Positions 55,003 through 64,000 of a stretch of DNA of 64,000 bases are shown here, in pieces. The translations under genes were made by a program, and so were the position numbers. The notes under the pieces are model-generated. The model did no database searches, was not told the DNA's origin, and saw only the letters and a list, made by a program, of their open reading frames with translations. The first letter of the stretch is position 1. The number at the start of each line of letters is the position of its first letter. This DNA comes from Nitrospirota bacterium (GTDB lineage Bacteria; Nitrospirota; UBA9217), in NCBI GenBank assembly GCA_963737155.1, contig CAVTRN010000001.1, positions 1,312,001-1,376,000 of the forward strand, written 5' to 3'.

Positions 55003-56262
55003 ATGCGTAACGACCTAATGATCTTCATAATTGTTGCCGCTATCGCAGTCCTACTGTTTTTGATCGTCGTTCTCCTGATTGCGAGCGTCTTGCGGCGGGC
55101 GTTGCACAACCGGAAATTCCGGAAGCTTGACGTCCTCCGGCAGGAGTACTGGAATCGTGCCCGTCGTTTGCTCGATCGGGACGGGTTAGTTGGCCACGAA
55201 GCGGATTTTGCGACGGCCGCTGGTTCTCTCGAATGGCAGGCTGTCGAAAAGGTATTCCTGGAACTGATGAGCAGTGGCGTACCCGGCGGTGAACCGAAAA
55301 TGCTTTTTCACCGACTCGGCTATGTAGCGTATTACGAGAACAGACTTGCCAGCAGAAACCGGCTGATCAGGGCTTCTGCGATTGACAAACTTGGAAGGAT
55401 GGGGACCCAATCTTCTCTGCCGAAGCTGCTCCCGATGCTCAATGAAACAGAGCCGGAAATTCTGACCCTGACGGTGCGCGCGATGAGCCGGATCGGTGGG
55501 AAAGAAGGGCTGATGGCTATCGTGGAGCGGTTGCCTGTCCTCCTTGGACAAGGGCAGGTTACACGCAAGGCCATGGAAACTGCACTGCTGAATTTCGGTG
55601 AAGATGCTATTGCCGGCCTCATCGAGTACCGTACCCGGGATGCCGACCCTTGGATCATGTCCTGCGTTCTGGAAACGCTCTCCCATCTTCCTCCTGATGT
55701 ACGGTCTCTTTCCTTGGCAACCGAACATCTGGCTGATAAGCATCCGGAGGTAAGGAGCAAAGCTCTGAAGGTCCTAGGGCGTGTTGAGCCGCCCTTTCCC
55801 GCCTTACTGTATGATTTAGTTCTCCCGCTCCTTGACGATCCTGTATGGTTTGTAAGGCTCCAAGCTGTAAAAATCGCAAAAAAGCTCGGTTGCACTAGGA
55901 TGGCAAAACCGATCGGGAGACTCTTGTTCGATAAAAACTGGCGGGTGAGAAGCGAAGCCGCGTTCAGTCTTGCTCGGCTCGGCACCTGCGCCATGGATGT
56001 GTTTCTTGATGCGCTCATGACGCAGGACGTTTACGCCAAGGAAAGCATCTGCGAGGAAATTGAAAAATCACAGTTCGTTGACCAGCTTATTGAGCAGCTG
56101 GACAGCGACGACGAGACCCTTCTGGCAAAATCCTCTGCAATCCTCCGAATCATGCATTCTCTACGGTTCTCTTCTCCTCTCCTGGAAGGTTTAACGGCCA
56201 ATCGCAATGTCCGAATCAAAGAGGAAATAAATAAGATTCTTGCGGCAGGTGTGGGACAATGA
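55003..56262 (+). CDS. Membrane-anchored HEAT-repeat protein
   Basis: N-terminal TM helix; repeats such as IRASAIDKLG, PEVRSKALKVLG, DDPVWFVRLQA, NWRVRSEAAFSL. Confidence 0.85.
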   Translation: MRNDLMIFIIVAAIAVLLFLIVVLLIASVLRRALHNRKFRKLDVLRQEYWNRARRLLDRDGLVGHEADFATAAGSLEWQAVEKVFLELMSSGVPGGEPKMLFHRLGYVAYYENRLASRNRLIRASAIDKLGRMGTQSSLPKLLPMLNETEPEILTLTVRAMSRIGGKEGLMAIVERLPVLLGQGQVTRKAMETALLNFGEDAIAGLIEYRTRDADPWIMSCVLETLSHLPPDVRSLSLATEHLADKHPEVRSKALKVLGRVEPPFPALLYDLVLPLLDDPVWFVRLQAVKIAKKLGCTRMAKPIGRLLFDKNWRVRSEAAFSLARLGTCAMDVFLDALMTQDVYAKESICEEIEKSQFVDQLIEQLDSDDETLLAKSSAILRIMHSLRFSSPLLEGLTANRNVRIKEEINKILAAGVGQ

Positions 56263-57689
56263 AATCAGCCACCATCACATTCATCATTTGGTTCAACTAT
56301 TTTGTAGGAGCCTACTTCGGAGTAGTGAATACCATACTGGCATTCCTCCTTGCCCTGTCGCTGTTCTCTATTCTCCGACACATACAAAGGATCAAATTCG
56401 CCCCCATCAGGGATTTTCGTGCATCGCCAGAAACGCCGCCCGTCTCGATACTCATCCCTGTTCACAATGAAGAACAAATCGTGCTGAGAAGCGTGCATGC
56501 TGCACTGGCGGGAGATTACCCACTCTTTGAAGTCGTTGTCATTAATGATGGTTCGAAAGATGACACAATGCGGACGCTTATCAATGCTTTCCAACTCAAG
56601 AAGATCGACAGAGTATACCGAGCGTTTCTGAAGACCGAGCCAGTGAAGGGTTTTTTCGCCAGCGAGGGAACGCCGAATCTCCTTGTAATCGACAAGGAAC
56701 ACGGAGGGAAGGCCGATGCCCTCAACTGCGGGATAAACGCATCACGCTGTCCCTACTTCTGTTCCGTTGATGCTGACTCTCTGCTCGAAAAAGACGCGCT
56801 GATTAGGATCATGACGCCAGTAATAGAAAGCGGCAAACCGGTCATTGCTTGTGGCGGTGTTGTCCGCGTCCTTAACGGCGTGGAGCTGGAGGATGAAATC
56901 ACTATCAAAAAGTTCGACCTGCCGGGGAACAGACTAATTCTTTTCCAGATCGTCGAGTATCTTAGGGGTTTTCTGTTTGGCAGGGTTGGGTGGGATTCAT
57001 TGAATTCCCTCCTTATTCTCTCTGGTGCCTTCTCGCTGTTTCAAAAGCAGGCTGTCATTGAGGCCGGCGGATTCATGGTCGGGAATGTGTCCGAGGACAT
57101 GGAAATGATCATACGGCTTCACCGGCTCAAACGGAGCCAAAAAAAGCCATACCGGATACGGTTCATCTCAGACCCCATCTGTTGGACCGAAGTGCCGGAA
57201 ACCATGAGAATGCTTGCCCGTCAGCGGCGACGGTGGCATCTGGGGCTGATCCAGAGCATCAGTCAGAACAAAATAATGCTTTTCAACCCTCGTTATGGCA
57301 CCATTGGCACGGTCGTAATGCCCTATTATGTGTTCTTCGAGATCATCGGTCCGATCATTGAGATGATCGGTTATGTGGTGGTGCCTCTATCCTATGTCAT
57401 GGGGCTCCTTAGCATACAGTTCCTCATGCTCTTTTTCACGTTGGCCATCATTTACGGCGTATTTCTTTCGGTTGCGGGAATATTTCTCGAGGAAATCAGC
57501 TACAAGCGGTATCCCCGATGGCGGAACATGTTCCGTCTCCTCCTTTTTGGTGTATTTGAGAACTTCGGTTATCGCCAGATCAACTCGTTCTGGAGGTTGC
57601 AGGCGGTCCTTAATTATCTAATCGGCCGGACCGGATGGGAGTACGTGCAATACAAGGGGACGGGGAGCAAGAAGGGTGGTAAGCTGTGA
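56259..57689 (+). CDS. Processive GT2 glycosyltransferase (PgaC/IcaA-like)
   Basis: NDGSKD, GKADALN, VDAD, SED, QRRRW; N- and C-terminal TM helices. Confidence 0.9.
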   Translation: MKSATITFIIWFNYFVGAYFGVVNTILAFLLALSLFSILRHIQRIKFAPIRDFRASPETPPVSILIPVHNEEQIVLRSVHAALAGDYPLFEVVVINDGSKDDTMRTLINAFQLKKIDRVYRAFLKTEPVKGFFASEGTPNLLVIDKEHGGKADALNCGINASRCPYFCSVDADSLLEKDALIRIMTPVIESGKPVIACGGVVRVLNGVELEDEITIKKFDLPGNRLILFQIVEYLRGFLFGRVGWDSLNSLLILSGAFSLFQKQAVIEAGGFMVGNVSEDMEMIIRLHRLKRSQKKPYRIRFISDPICWTEVPETMRMLARQRRRWHLGLIQSISQNKIMLFNPRYGTIGTVVMPYYVFFEIIGPIIEMIGYVVVPLSYVMGLLSIQFLMLFFTLAIIYGVFLSVAGIFLEEISYKRYPRWRNMFRLLLFGVFENFGYRQINSFWRLQAVLNYLIGRTGWEYVQYKGTGSKKGGKL

Positions 57690-60100
57690 GTACTCTGGAT
57701 CTGGGCTTTCTCGCTCTTAAGCGCGGCGACAATCAGGAGGCGATCAATATCTTCAGGCGGGTACTTGACAATAAAAAAGAGGCCGACGCCTTCTTCGGGT
57801 TCGGGGTCGCTCACTATCATCTCGGCGATATCCTGACGGCTCGGTGGGCCTTTTATCAGGCACTGGAGCTGAATCGAGACCAAAAGGACTCACTGGCTTA
57901 CCTTGCTCGCATTGACAAGACGAAAAAACACCAGAAGCCGGTTCCGACAAAGCAAACACGGTTCAGAGCCCGCAAAGATTTTCTAGAAGTTCACGATGGA
58001 ACTTGGCGGGAGTTTTTCGTAAAGGGTGTTAACATCGGCGCTGGTCTTCCGGGATATTTCCCTGGCGAGTTCGCAGTAAAAAAAGGAACTTATCTCAAGT
58101 GGTTCAAACAAATAAAGGAACTTGGTGCAAATGCCGTTAGAGTCTATACGATACTTCCTCCGGAATTCTACGAGGCGCTTTACCGATTCAATGCACTGGG
58201 CCAGAAATTATATCTCTTTCAAGAAATATGGGCGGAGCTGCCGGAGGGAAACGACTTCCGTGACAGCCGCTTCATCGAAGGTCTCCGGCAGGATATCAAA
58301 TATACTGTCGACGCCATTTTCGGCAACGCATCCCTGCAGGAACGTCCGGGATATCCTCACGGAATCTATGAATACGACGTCTCCCCCTTTGTTGCGGGGT
58401 TTATCGTCGGCAGGGAATGGGAGACCTGCGCAGTAAAAGGCTTCAATGAGGCTCATCTGCGACAAACCGCTGACTACCAAGGAACGTTCCTGCGGATTCA
58501 GAACGGAACACCGTTTGAGGTCTGGATTACCGAAATATGTGACTTTCTACAGAGCTATGAACATGAGAGTTATCAGGTCACCCATCCAGTTACAACGGTG
58601 AATTGGCCCACGCTCGACCCCTTGGAACACCCCTCAGAATCAACCTATGAGGACGAGTTCCGGAGGCAGGGGCTTCAGCCAGAGGGGTACCATGGTCCCT
58701 GCATCGACGTTCATAATGAAGATGTTGAATCGCTTGATCTTTCGAAAATCACGGCAATCGAAGGGAACGGATTCTTCGCTCTCTACCATGTATATCCCTA
58801 TTACCCCGATTTCATGAACAACGATTATGTCGATCAGGAGAACCCCTACCTTGCCTATCTTTCAGCCCTTAAAAAGTACCATGGCAGTCAGCCGGTGGTA
58901 ATTGCGGAATTCGGTGTGCCGTCCAGCAGGGAGGTCGCGCATTGGAACCGCTGCGGCTGGAATCATGGAGGCCATGGAGACCGGGAGCAGGGCCAGATCA
59001 ACGGGAAACTTATGCGGACGATCCATGAGGCGGGAATGGCCGGGGGGATACTATTCAGCTGGTTTGACGAGTGGTTCAAACGGAACTGGCTTTTCCTTCC
59101 TGCCGAACTCCCCGCAGAGAGAAAACCTTTTTGGTATAACCTTCAGGACCCTGAAGAGAATTACGGCCTATTGGCTGCATATCCCGGATATCCGGAGAAG
59201 AAGGTAAGCCTGGATTGCCGTGCTGATGACTGGCGCGGTGTCGCTCCTCTCTACGAAAAGAAGGAAAACTCCATGGTCTTCCCATTCCATGACATGTCTG
59301 ATGATAGCCGGAGGCTTCTGCGCCTATCTGTCCAGCACGATGAGGGCTTTCTCTACATCCTGCTCGAGACCGCCGGCATGATCGATTTTTCAAAAGCGAA
59401 CTTTCTGATAGGACTCGATACCTGCTCAACAGGGGAAGGAGAACGTGCACTGCCTTATGGAACGAATCTAACGAGTCCCGTGGGCCTCACGTTTCTTATC
59501 CACCTGGCTGGAAAGGAAAGCAGCAGGATCCTCGTTGCGGCGTCTTATGACAAATACCTAAATGGCAAGACGGGTGTAATAAAACCTGACGCATCGGACC
59601 AAGGCGCATGGGTGATGATGGAGAATGAAACCAATATCCGCAGGATCAGCAAGGATGGAAAGCGCTTCTTTCCCGCGCGCGTTTTTACAATGAGCCATCT
59701 CCGCTTTGGCAGCCTTAATGTGAAAAACGAGGCCTACCATTCCCTTGCGGACTTTTTCAGCCGTGATAACAAAATTGAACTTCGCATCCCCTGGGGGCTG
59801 ATCAATATCACCGACCCCAGCTCAAAGACGGTCTTGTGGATGGATAATAAAGGAGCGACAAGACAAGCCGAGGGCATACGCATACTCGCGATTTCCTATA
59901 AGCCGGAGGAGGGGAAGCTCGTCGCCCACGGGACTGGAGGAGCATCCAACCATACTGACTGCCTGCCGGTAAAGCTCGCCCCGCCGCAGGTAAGGAAATA
60001 TTCCTGGAATGGATGGGAAACACCGATCTATCATTCTTTTCTGAAGGAAAGTTACTACCGCTATCAAAAGGTTCTTCAGGCAATTCCGGAGGCGCGATGA
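57686..60100 (+). CDS. TPR + clan GH-A-like glycoside hydrolase domain protein
   Basis: N-terminal TPR; KGVNIG, GANAVRVYT, GREWE, YHVYPYYP, IAEFG, FSWFDEWFK. Confidence 0.75.
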   Translation: MSTLDLGFLALKRGDNQEAINIFRRVLDNKKEADAFFGFGVAHYHLGDILTARWAFYQALELNRDQKDSLAYLARIDKTKKHQKPVPTKQTRFRARKDFLEVHDGTWREFFVKGVNIGAGLPGYFPGEFAVKKGTYLKWFKQIKELGANAVRVYTILPPEFYEALYRFNALGQKLYLFQEIWAELPEGNDFRDSRFIEGLRQDIKYTVDAIFGNASLQERPGYPHGIYEYDVSPFVAGFIVGREWETCAVKGFNEAHLRQTADYQGTFLRIQNGTPFEVWITEICDFLQSYEHESYQVTHPVTTVNWPTLDPLEHPSESTYEDEFRRQGLQPEGYHGPCIDVHNEDVESLDLSKITAIEGNGFFALYHVYPYYPDFMNNDYVDQENPYLAYLSALKKYHGSQPVVIAEFGVPSSREVAHWNRCGWNHGGHGDREQGQINGKLMRTIHEAGMAGGILFSWFDEWFKRNWLFLPAELPAERKPFWYNLQDPEENYGLLAAYPGYPEKKVSLDCRADDWRGVAPLYEKKENSMVFPFHDMSDDSRRLLRLSVQHDEGFLYILLETAGMIDFSKANFLIGLDTCSTGEGERALPYGTNLTSPVGLTFLIHLAGKESSRILVAASYDKYLNGKTGVIKPDASDQGAWVMMENETNIRRISKDGKRFFPARVFTMSHLRFGSLNVKNEAYHSLADFFSRDNKIELRIPWGLINITDPSSKTVLWMDNKGATRQAEGIRILAISYKPEEGKLVAHGTGGASNHTDCLPVKLAPPQVRKYSWNGWETPIYHSFLKESYYRYQKVLQAIPEAR

Positions 60101-60879
60101 ATCTCACTCGAAGGGAATTCCTGAAACTGAGCTACGGCTCTGTTGTGTTCCTTTCATTCGCCGGACGTGCAGTAGCAGATGGGATGAAAATTCCCGTGCT
60201 TATGTATCACGACATCTCTTCCCGGGGGAGCGAAAAGGAAACTCTGTCGCCCTGGCTTTTTGCCGCCCAGATGGAATGGCTTTACGACATGGGGTACCGT
60301 GCTGTTTCATTCCGCGACCTTGCTTTACTAGACCGGGAAGACGCGAAGCGGACTGTAGTGATAACCTTTGATGACGGGTACACCTCGTTCATGGACTACG
60401 CTTTTTCTCTTTTGTCTGAGTACGGTTTCAAGGCTACAATTAATGTTATTGGGAAATATATGGGTGGGTTTGTGAGCGGTAATGATCCGCGGTTGAGCTG
60501 GGACGAATGCCGCTTCCTCGTCAAGAGTGGGCTGGTAGAGATCGGTTGCCACACCTATGATCTCCATACATGGTATGGCCGTCAGTCCCGGTCGCATGCG
60601 ACTGAAGCGTTTAATGAAAAACTGGTGGATGACCTCGCCATGTTTCAAAAAATCATCATTCAAGAACTCGGACGTCCCGCCGTTGTGCTCGCGTGGCCTT
60701 ACGGAATGCATAATAATCAGAGTATTGAGATTGCGCGGAAAGCAGGTATGCATTTTATCCTGAACTCCGAGGACGGGTACTTTGCAATGAACGGCGATCA
60801 ACTCGATATTCCGAGGCTGACCATCAGTAATGATACAACGCTCAAACTGTTCCGTGAACGAATCGAGATGCGATTATGA
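60097..60879 (+). CDS. CE4 polysaccharide deacetylase with Tat signal
   Basis: TRREFLK; PVLMYH, ITFDDG, HTYDLH, AWPYG. Confidence 0.88.
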   Translation: MNLTRREFLKLSYGSVVFLSFAGRAVADGMKIPVLMYHDISSRGSEKETLSPWLFAAQMEWLYDMGYRAVSFRDLALLDREDAKRTVVITFDDGYTSFMDYAFSLLSEYGFKATINVIGKYMGGFVSGNDPRLSWDECRFLVKSGLVEIGCHTYDLHTWYGRQSRSHATEAFNEKLVDDLAMFQKIIIQELGRPAVVLAWPYGMHNNQSIEIARKAGMHFILNSEDGYFAMNGDQLDIPRLTISNDTTLKLFRERIEMRL

Positions 60880-62438
60880 GAAAGAGAATCATTCCGATTG
60901 GTGTCATTTTGCTCTGCCTGTACTGTTCCCCGATGTTCGCGGAATCTGCGGCCGGAGGCGGCGGGGAGGGGGACAGTGCGCCCTATGAAAAGGCCATCAG
61001 CGAAGCGAAGAATAGCAGCGATGAAGCGCTGCTCAGAAAAAAGCTCGGTGATTATTACGTGTCGAAGGAAGACTACCGGCGAGCCGCAAGCGAATATGTA
61101 AAAGCACTTTCCCTGAGCTCCCAGTCATTTACGGCTGCAGAGCGTCTACAAATGGCTGTTACACTCTCCTGGGCTAATTATCTCGATGATGCCGTCCGCG
61201 TACTCAGGGAGCTTCTTGCAGTAAACCAGAATGACCGAGACGCCCGGATTCAACTGGCAAGGGTCCTTTCCTGGAGCGATAAACTGGACGAGGCCGCGGC
61301 AGAGGCCGACGTCGTGTTGAAGAATCATCCCGAAGACCAGGCTGCATTAGTCATCAAAGCGAACACTCTCCGCTGGCGAGGAGATTCCAAGGCAGCAATC
61401 CCAGTTTATGAAAAAGCGCTTGCCCAGGGTGAGGACTTCGAGGCGCGGATCGGTCTAGCTTATGCCTATCTCGATATCGGTGAGAAGGATAAGGCGCAAG
61501 AAATCAGCCGGCCCCTGAAACCGCTTTTTGCAGCCCAGGAAAAAGAATTGACGAAATTTTCAGACTCTCTCTGCGGCGTTATGGCCTCCCATATCGGGCT
61601 CCAGTATAGCTATTACAATGATTCCGATGACAACATTGTCAACCGAACATCGTTATCATACGGCTTCTGGGCCGGAAAATGGGAAACGGAAATTTCCTAC
61701 CGGCAAACCGATGGTGAGGATCCGTTGCGGGATGAAAAGGCGGAAGACCTGTGGATCAACGCCCATACCCAAGCGGGCAAGTTTGGCGCCGGAGCCGGAA
61801 TCGGTATGAGCCAGACTGACGGGAGCCATGACATTTTCGTCGGCCAAGCAAACGCTAACACAGACAGGGGCTGGTGGACCATCGGCGTGGGCACTGCGAG
61901 AGAATTTCTTTCGGACACGGCGCAGCTTATCCAAAATAGGATTGTGCAAACAAGCGGAGCGCTGAATCTTTCAGAAAAAGCCTCTCCGAGACTAACCTTT
62001 ACGGAAAGCTATACGTATTCCGGCTACTCCGACAGCAATGACGCGGGCGATATGCGGCTTGGAGCGAGATACGAAATTCCTCTGGCCCCGTTCAAGATCG
62101 CGACGGGCTACCGCTTCAGATACTGGGATTTCAGGCGTCAGAGCGAGGGTGGATATTTTGATCCCTCAGACTTTCTCTCTCAACAGGTATTTGTTTCTCT
62201 TTATGCTGAGACGAACGGGTATTACGCCTATCTGGAGCCATACGTTGGGCACCAGGCGTTCACGCGGTACGGAGCAAAAACCAGTAATACATTCGCCGGT
62301 GGATCCGGATCGGTAGGATGGAAGATGAAAAAATGCACTTCACTCGAGATAAGCGGAGAAGGTGGAAACTACGCCGGTGGATCGACGTCGGGGTTCAATT
62401 ATTATCAAGTTGGATTCAGGCTGATCGTTAATTTTTAA
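60876..62438 (+). CDS. TPR + outer-membrane beta-barrel (PgaA/YaiO-like export protein)
   Basis: Sec signal, TPRs, Tyr/Gly-rich alternating strands, GGYFDP motif, terminal Phe. Confidence 0.75.
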   Translation: MRKRIIPIGVILLCLYCSPMFAESAAGGGGEGDSAPYEKAISEAKNSSDEALLRKKLGDYYVSKEDYRRAASEYVKALSLSSQSFTAAERLQMAVTLSWANYLDDAVRVLRELLAVNQNDRDARIQLARVLSWSDKLDEAAAEADVVLKNHPEDQAALVIKANTLRWRGDSKAAIPVYEKALAQGEDFEARIGLAYAYLDIGEKDKAQEISRPLKPLFAAQEKELTKFSDSLCGVMASHIGLQYSYYNDSDDNIVNRTSLSYGFWAGKWETEISYRQTDGEDPLRDEKAEDLWINAHTQAGKFGAGAGIGMSQTDGSHDIFVGQANANTDRGWWTIGVGTAREFLSDTAQLIQNRIVQTSGALNLSEKASPRLTFTESYTYSGYSDSNDAGDMRLGARYEIPLAPFKIATGYRFRYWDFRRQSEGGYFDPSDFLSQQVFVSLYAETNGYYAYLEPYVGHQAFTRYGAKTSNTFAGGSGSVGWKMKKCTSLEISGEGGNYAGGSTSGFNYYQVGFRLIVNF

Positions 62439-62467
62439 GGAGCGGATTAATTTATCTCTAGCTGACT

Positions 62468-63304
62468 ATGCCGAAAGCGGATACAAGCTTCAACAACGGA
62501 TTTGTCGATGCGCACGTTCATGTTGAGGATACACGCGGTCTGGAAACGGTCAAGGCTGCGGGTATTTCGGCCGTGCGCGATGCGGGAACGCGGAGCGGGG
62601 CAGGTCTCGGCATGAGCAGGAAAGGCCTGCACGGGGAAAAACTTCTAGTCATTTCAGCAGGACGGGCACTTTCAAAGGAGGATGGGTATGGTTCGCATTT
62701 CGGCAGACAGGTCGGGACCAGAGATGAAATAAAGTCGGAAATTGAAAGGTTAAATAAAGCCGGGGCTGATATAATAAAAATCATGGTTTCTGGCATCGTG
62801 AGTCTGAAAAAGCCGGGTGTGATTACTAAAGGGGGCTTTTCTGCCGATGAAATCAAGTATATAGTCGGTGAAGCCACCCGGCTAGGACTTGCAGTCATGG
62901 CTCATGCAAACGGAGAAAACGCCGTCATTTCCGCGGCAAGGGCAGGCGTCCGATCGATCGAGCATGGTTTTTTCATGACAGAAAAATCGCTTGAAGCCAT
63001 GGCAAAAGCAGAGACATTCTGGACACCGACAGCCGGGGCTCTGGCCCGTGTTTCCGATTTGAGCGGGGTTTCAGCCGAGACAAAGGCGTATATCAGCGGC
63101 CTCATAAGAACCCACCTAGAGATGATCGGTCGTGCGTATATCATGGGCATTCCCTTGGCGATCGGCACCGACTGCGTCCTGCCTTGCAGAGGGTACGAAA
63201 AAGCATATGTTGCAGAGCTGTCATTTTTTGAACAAGCGGGGCTGCCTCGCGATATTGTTCTCCACATCGCTGTAAAGGGTGGGAGAAAGCTGCTGGGAAT
63301 ATGA
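62468..63304 (+). CDS. Amidohydrolase-family metallohydrolase
   Basis: DAHVH, IKIM, AHANG, IEHG, GTD. Confidence 0.8.
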   Translation: MPKADTSFNNGFVDAHVHVEDTRGLETVKAAGISAVRDAGTRSGAGLGMSRKGLHGEKLLVISAGRALSKEDGYGSHFGRQVGTRDEIKSEIERLNKAGADIIKIMVSGIVSLKKPGVITKGGFSADEIKYIVGEATRLGLAVMAHANGENAVISAARAGVRSIEHGFFMTEKSLEAMAKAETFWTPTAGALARVSDLSGVSAETKAYISGLIRTHLEMIGRAYIMGIPLAIGTDCVLPCRGYEKAYVAELSFFEQAGLPRDIVLHIAVKGGRKLLGI

Positions 63305-63426
63305 TGTACTTGGGTTATGGGTCAGTGGCAGTAGGCACGAAAGACAGCCAGGCGGTCTAGGTCTGGTCCAGAATTTTGGATTATCCGTGATTAAATACTT
63401 TTTCAAGATTATTGCCGGAGGTTATC

Positions 63427-64000
63427 ATGAAAATAGGCATTCTGTCGGGCGGTGGTGATGCTCCGGGCCTTAATGCAGTCATCCGAGCCGTAGTCAAGAC
63501 GGCGAATTTCAAGTACGGCTGGGAGGTGACCGGCATTATCGACGGCTTCGAGGGGTTGCTTACACCCACGAAGACACGGCAACTAACATCGTGGAACACG
63601 CGCGGTATTCTTTTTATTGGCGGAACCATACTTGGCACGACGAACCGGGGTAATCCCTTCGCGTACAAGACCGTTGTGGGTGGCAAGGAGATTGTCGAGG
63701 ACATGTCGCCCATGGTCCTGAACAATATCAGTGAGCTGGGCCTCAATGTACTTGTCGTTATTGGCGGTGATGGCTCGCTCAAGATCGGGAACGGCATTCA
63801 CAAACTGGGCGTCCCGGTGATCGGCGTGCCGAAAACCATTGACAACGATCTTATGGCTACGTATGTGACCTTCGGTTTTCAAACCGCGGTAGACACCGCA
63901 ACGGAAGCACTTGACAAGCTGCACACCACAGCGGAGAGTCATCAGCGCGTCATCGTTCTGGAGGTCATGGGCCGTTACGCCGGATGGATAGCCCTGCAAG
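63427..64000 (+). CDS. pfkA: 6-phosphofructokinase (partial, runs off the window)
   Basis: MKIGILSGGGDAPGLNAVIR, GGTILGT, GGDGS, PKTIDND, EVMGR; absent from the ORF track because it has no stop. Confidence 0.92.
   Translation, partial: MKIGILSGGGDAPGLNAVIRAVVKTANFKYGWEVTGIIDGFEGLLTPTKTRQLTSWNTRGILFIGGTILGTTNRGNPFAYKTVVGGKEIVEDMSPMVLNNISELGLNVLVVIGGDGSLKIGNGIHKLGVPVIGVPKTIDNDLMATYVTFGFQTAVDTATEALDKLHTTAESHQRVIVLEVMGRYAGWIALQ

Overview
Core-genome window from an anaerobic bacterium with dissimilatory sulfur metabolism. Gene content and order are consistent with a Nitrospirota/Thermodesulfovibrionia-like or deltaproteobacterial lineage; this is inference, not a taxonomic assignment. It contains adk-sat-aprBA-qmoABC-CBS-hppA, tungstate ABC genes (tupABC plus a signal-less tupA paralog), cysM, guaA, nadB, uvrA, atpF'FHAGDC, perR-fprA-rubredoxin and a partial pfkA. 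The most notable items are three. (1) A translationally coupled five-gene candidate synthase-dependent exopolysaccharide system: membrane HEAT-repeat protein, processive GT2, TPR-glycoside hydrolase, Tat-exported CE4 deacetylase and TPR/beta-barrel. (2) A cytoplasmic YkuD (ElsL-like) domain fused to a MurC/Mpl-type ligase. (3) A 478-nt ORF-less group II intron relic in the cysM leader. Many intergenic spacers are decayed pseudogenes or IS relics. No rRNA, tRNA or CRISPR array was seen. All calls come from reading the sequence and motifs by eye; no database searches were run.
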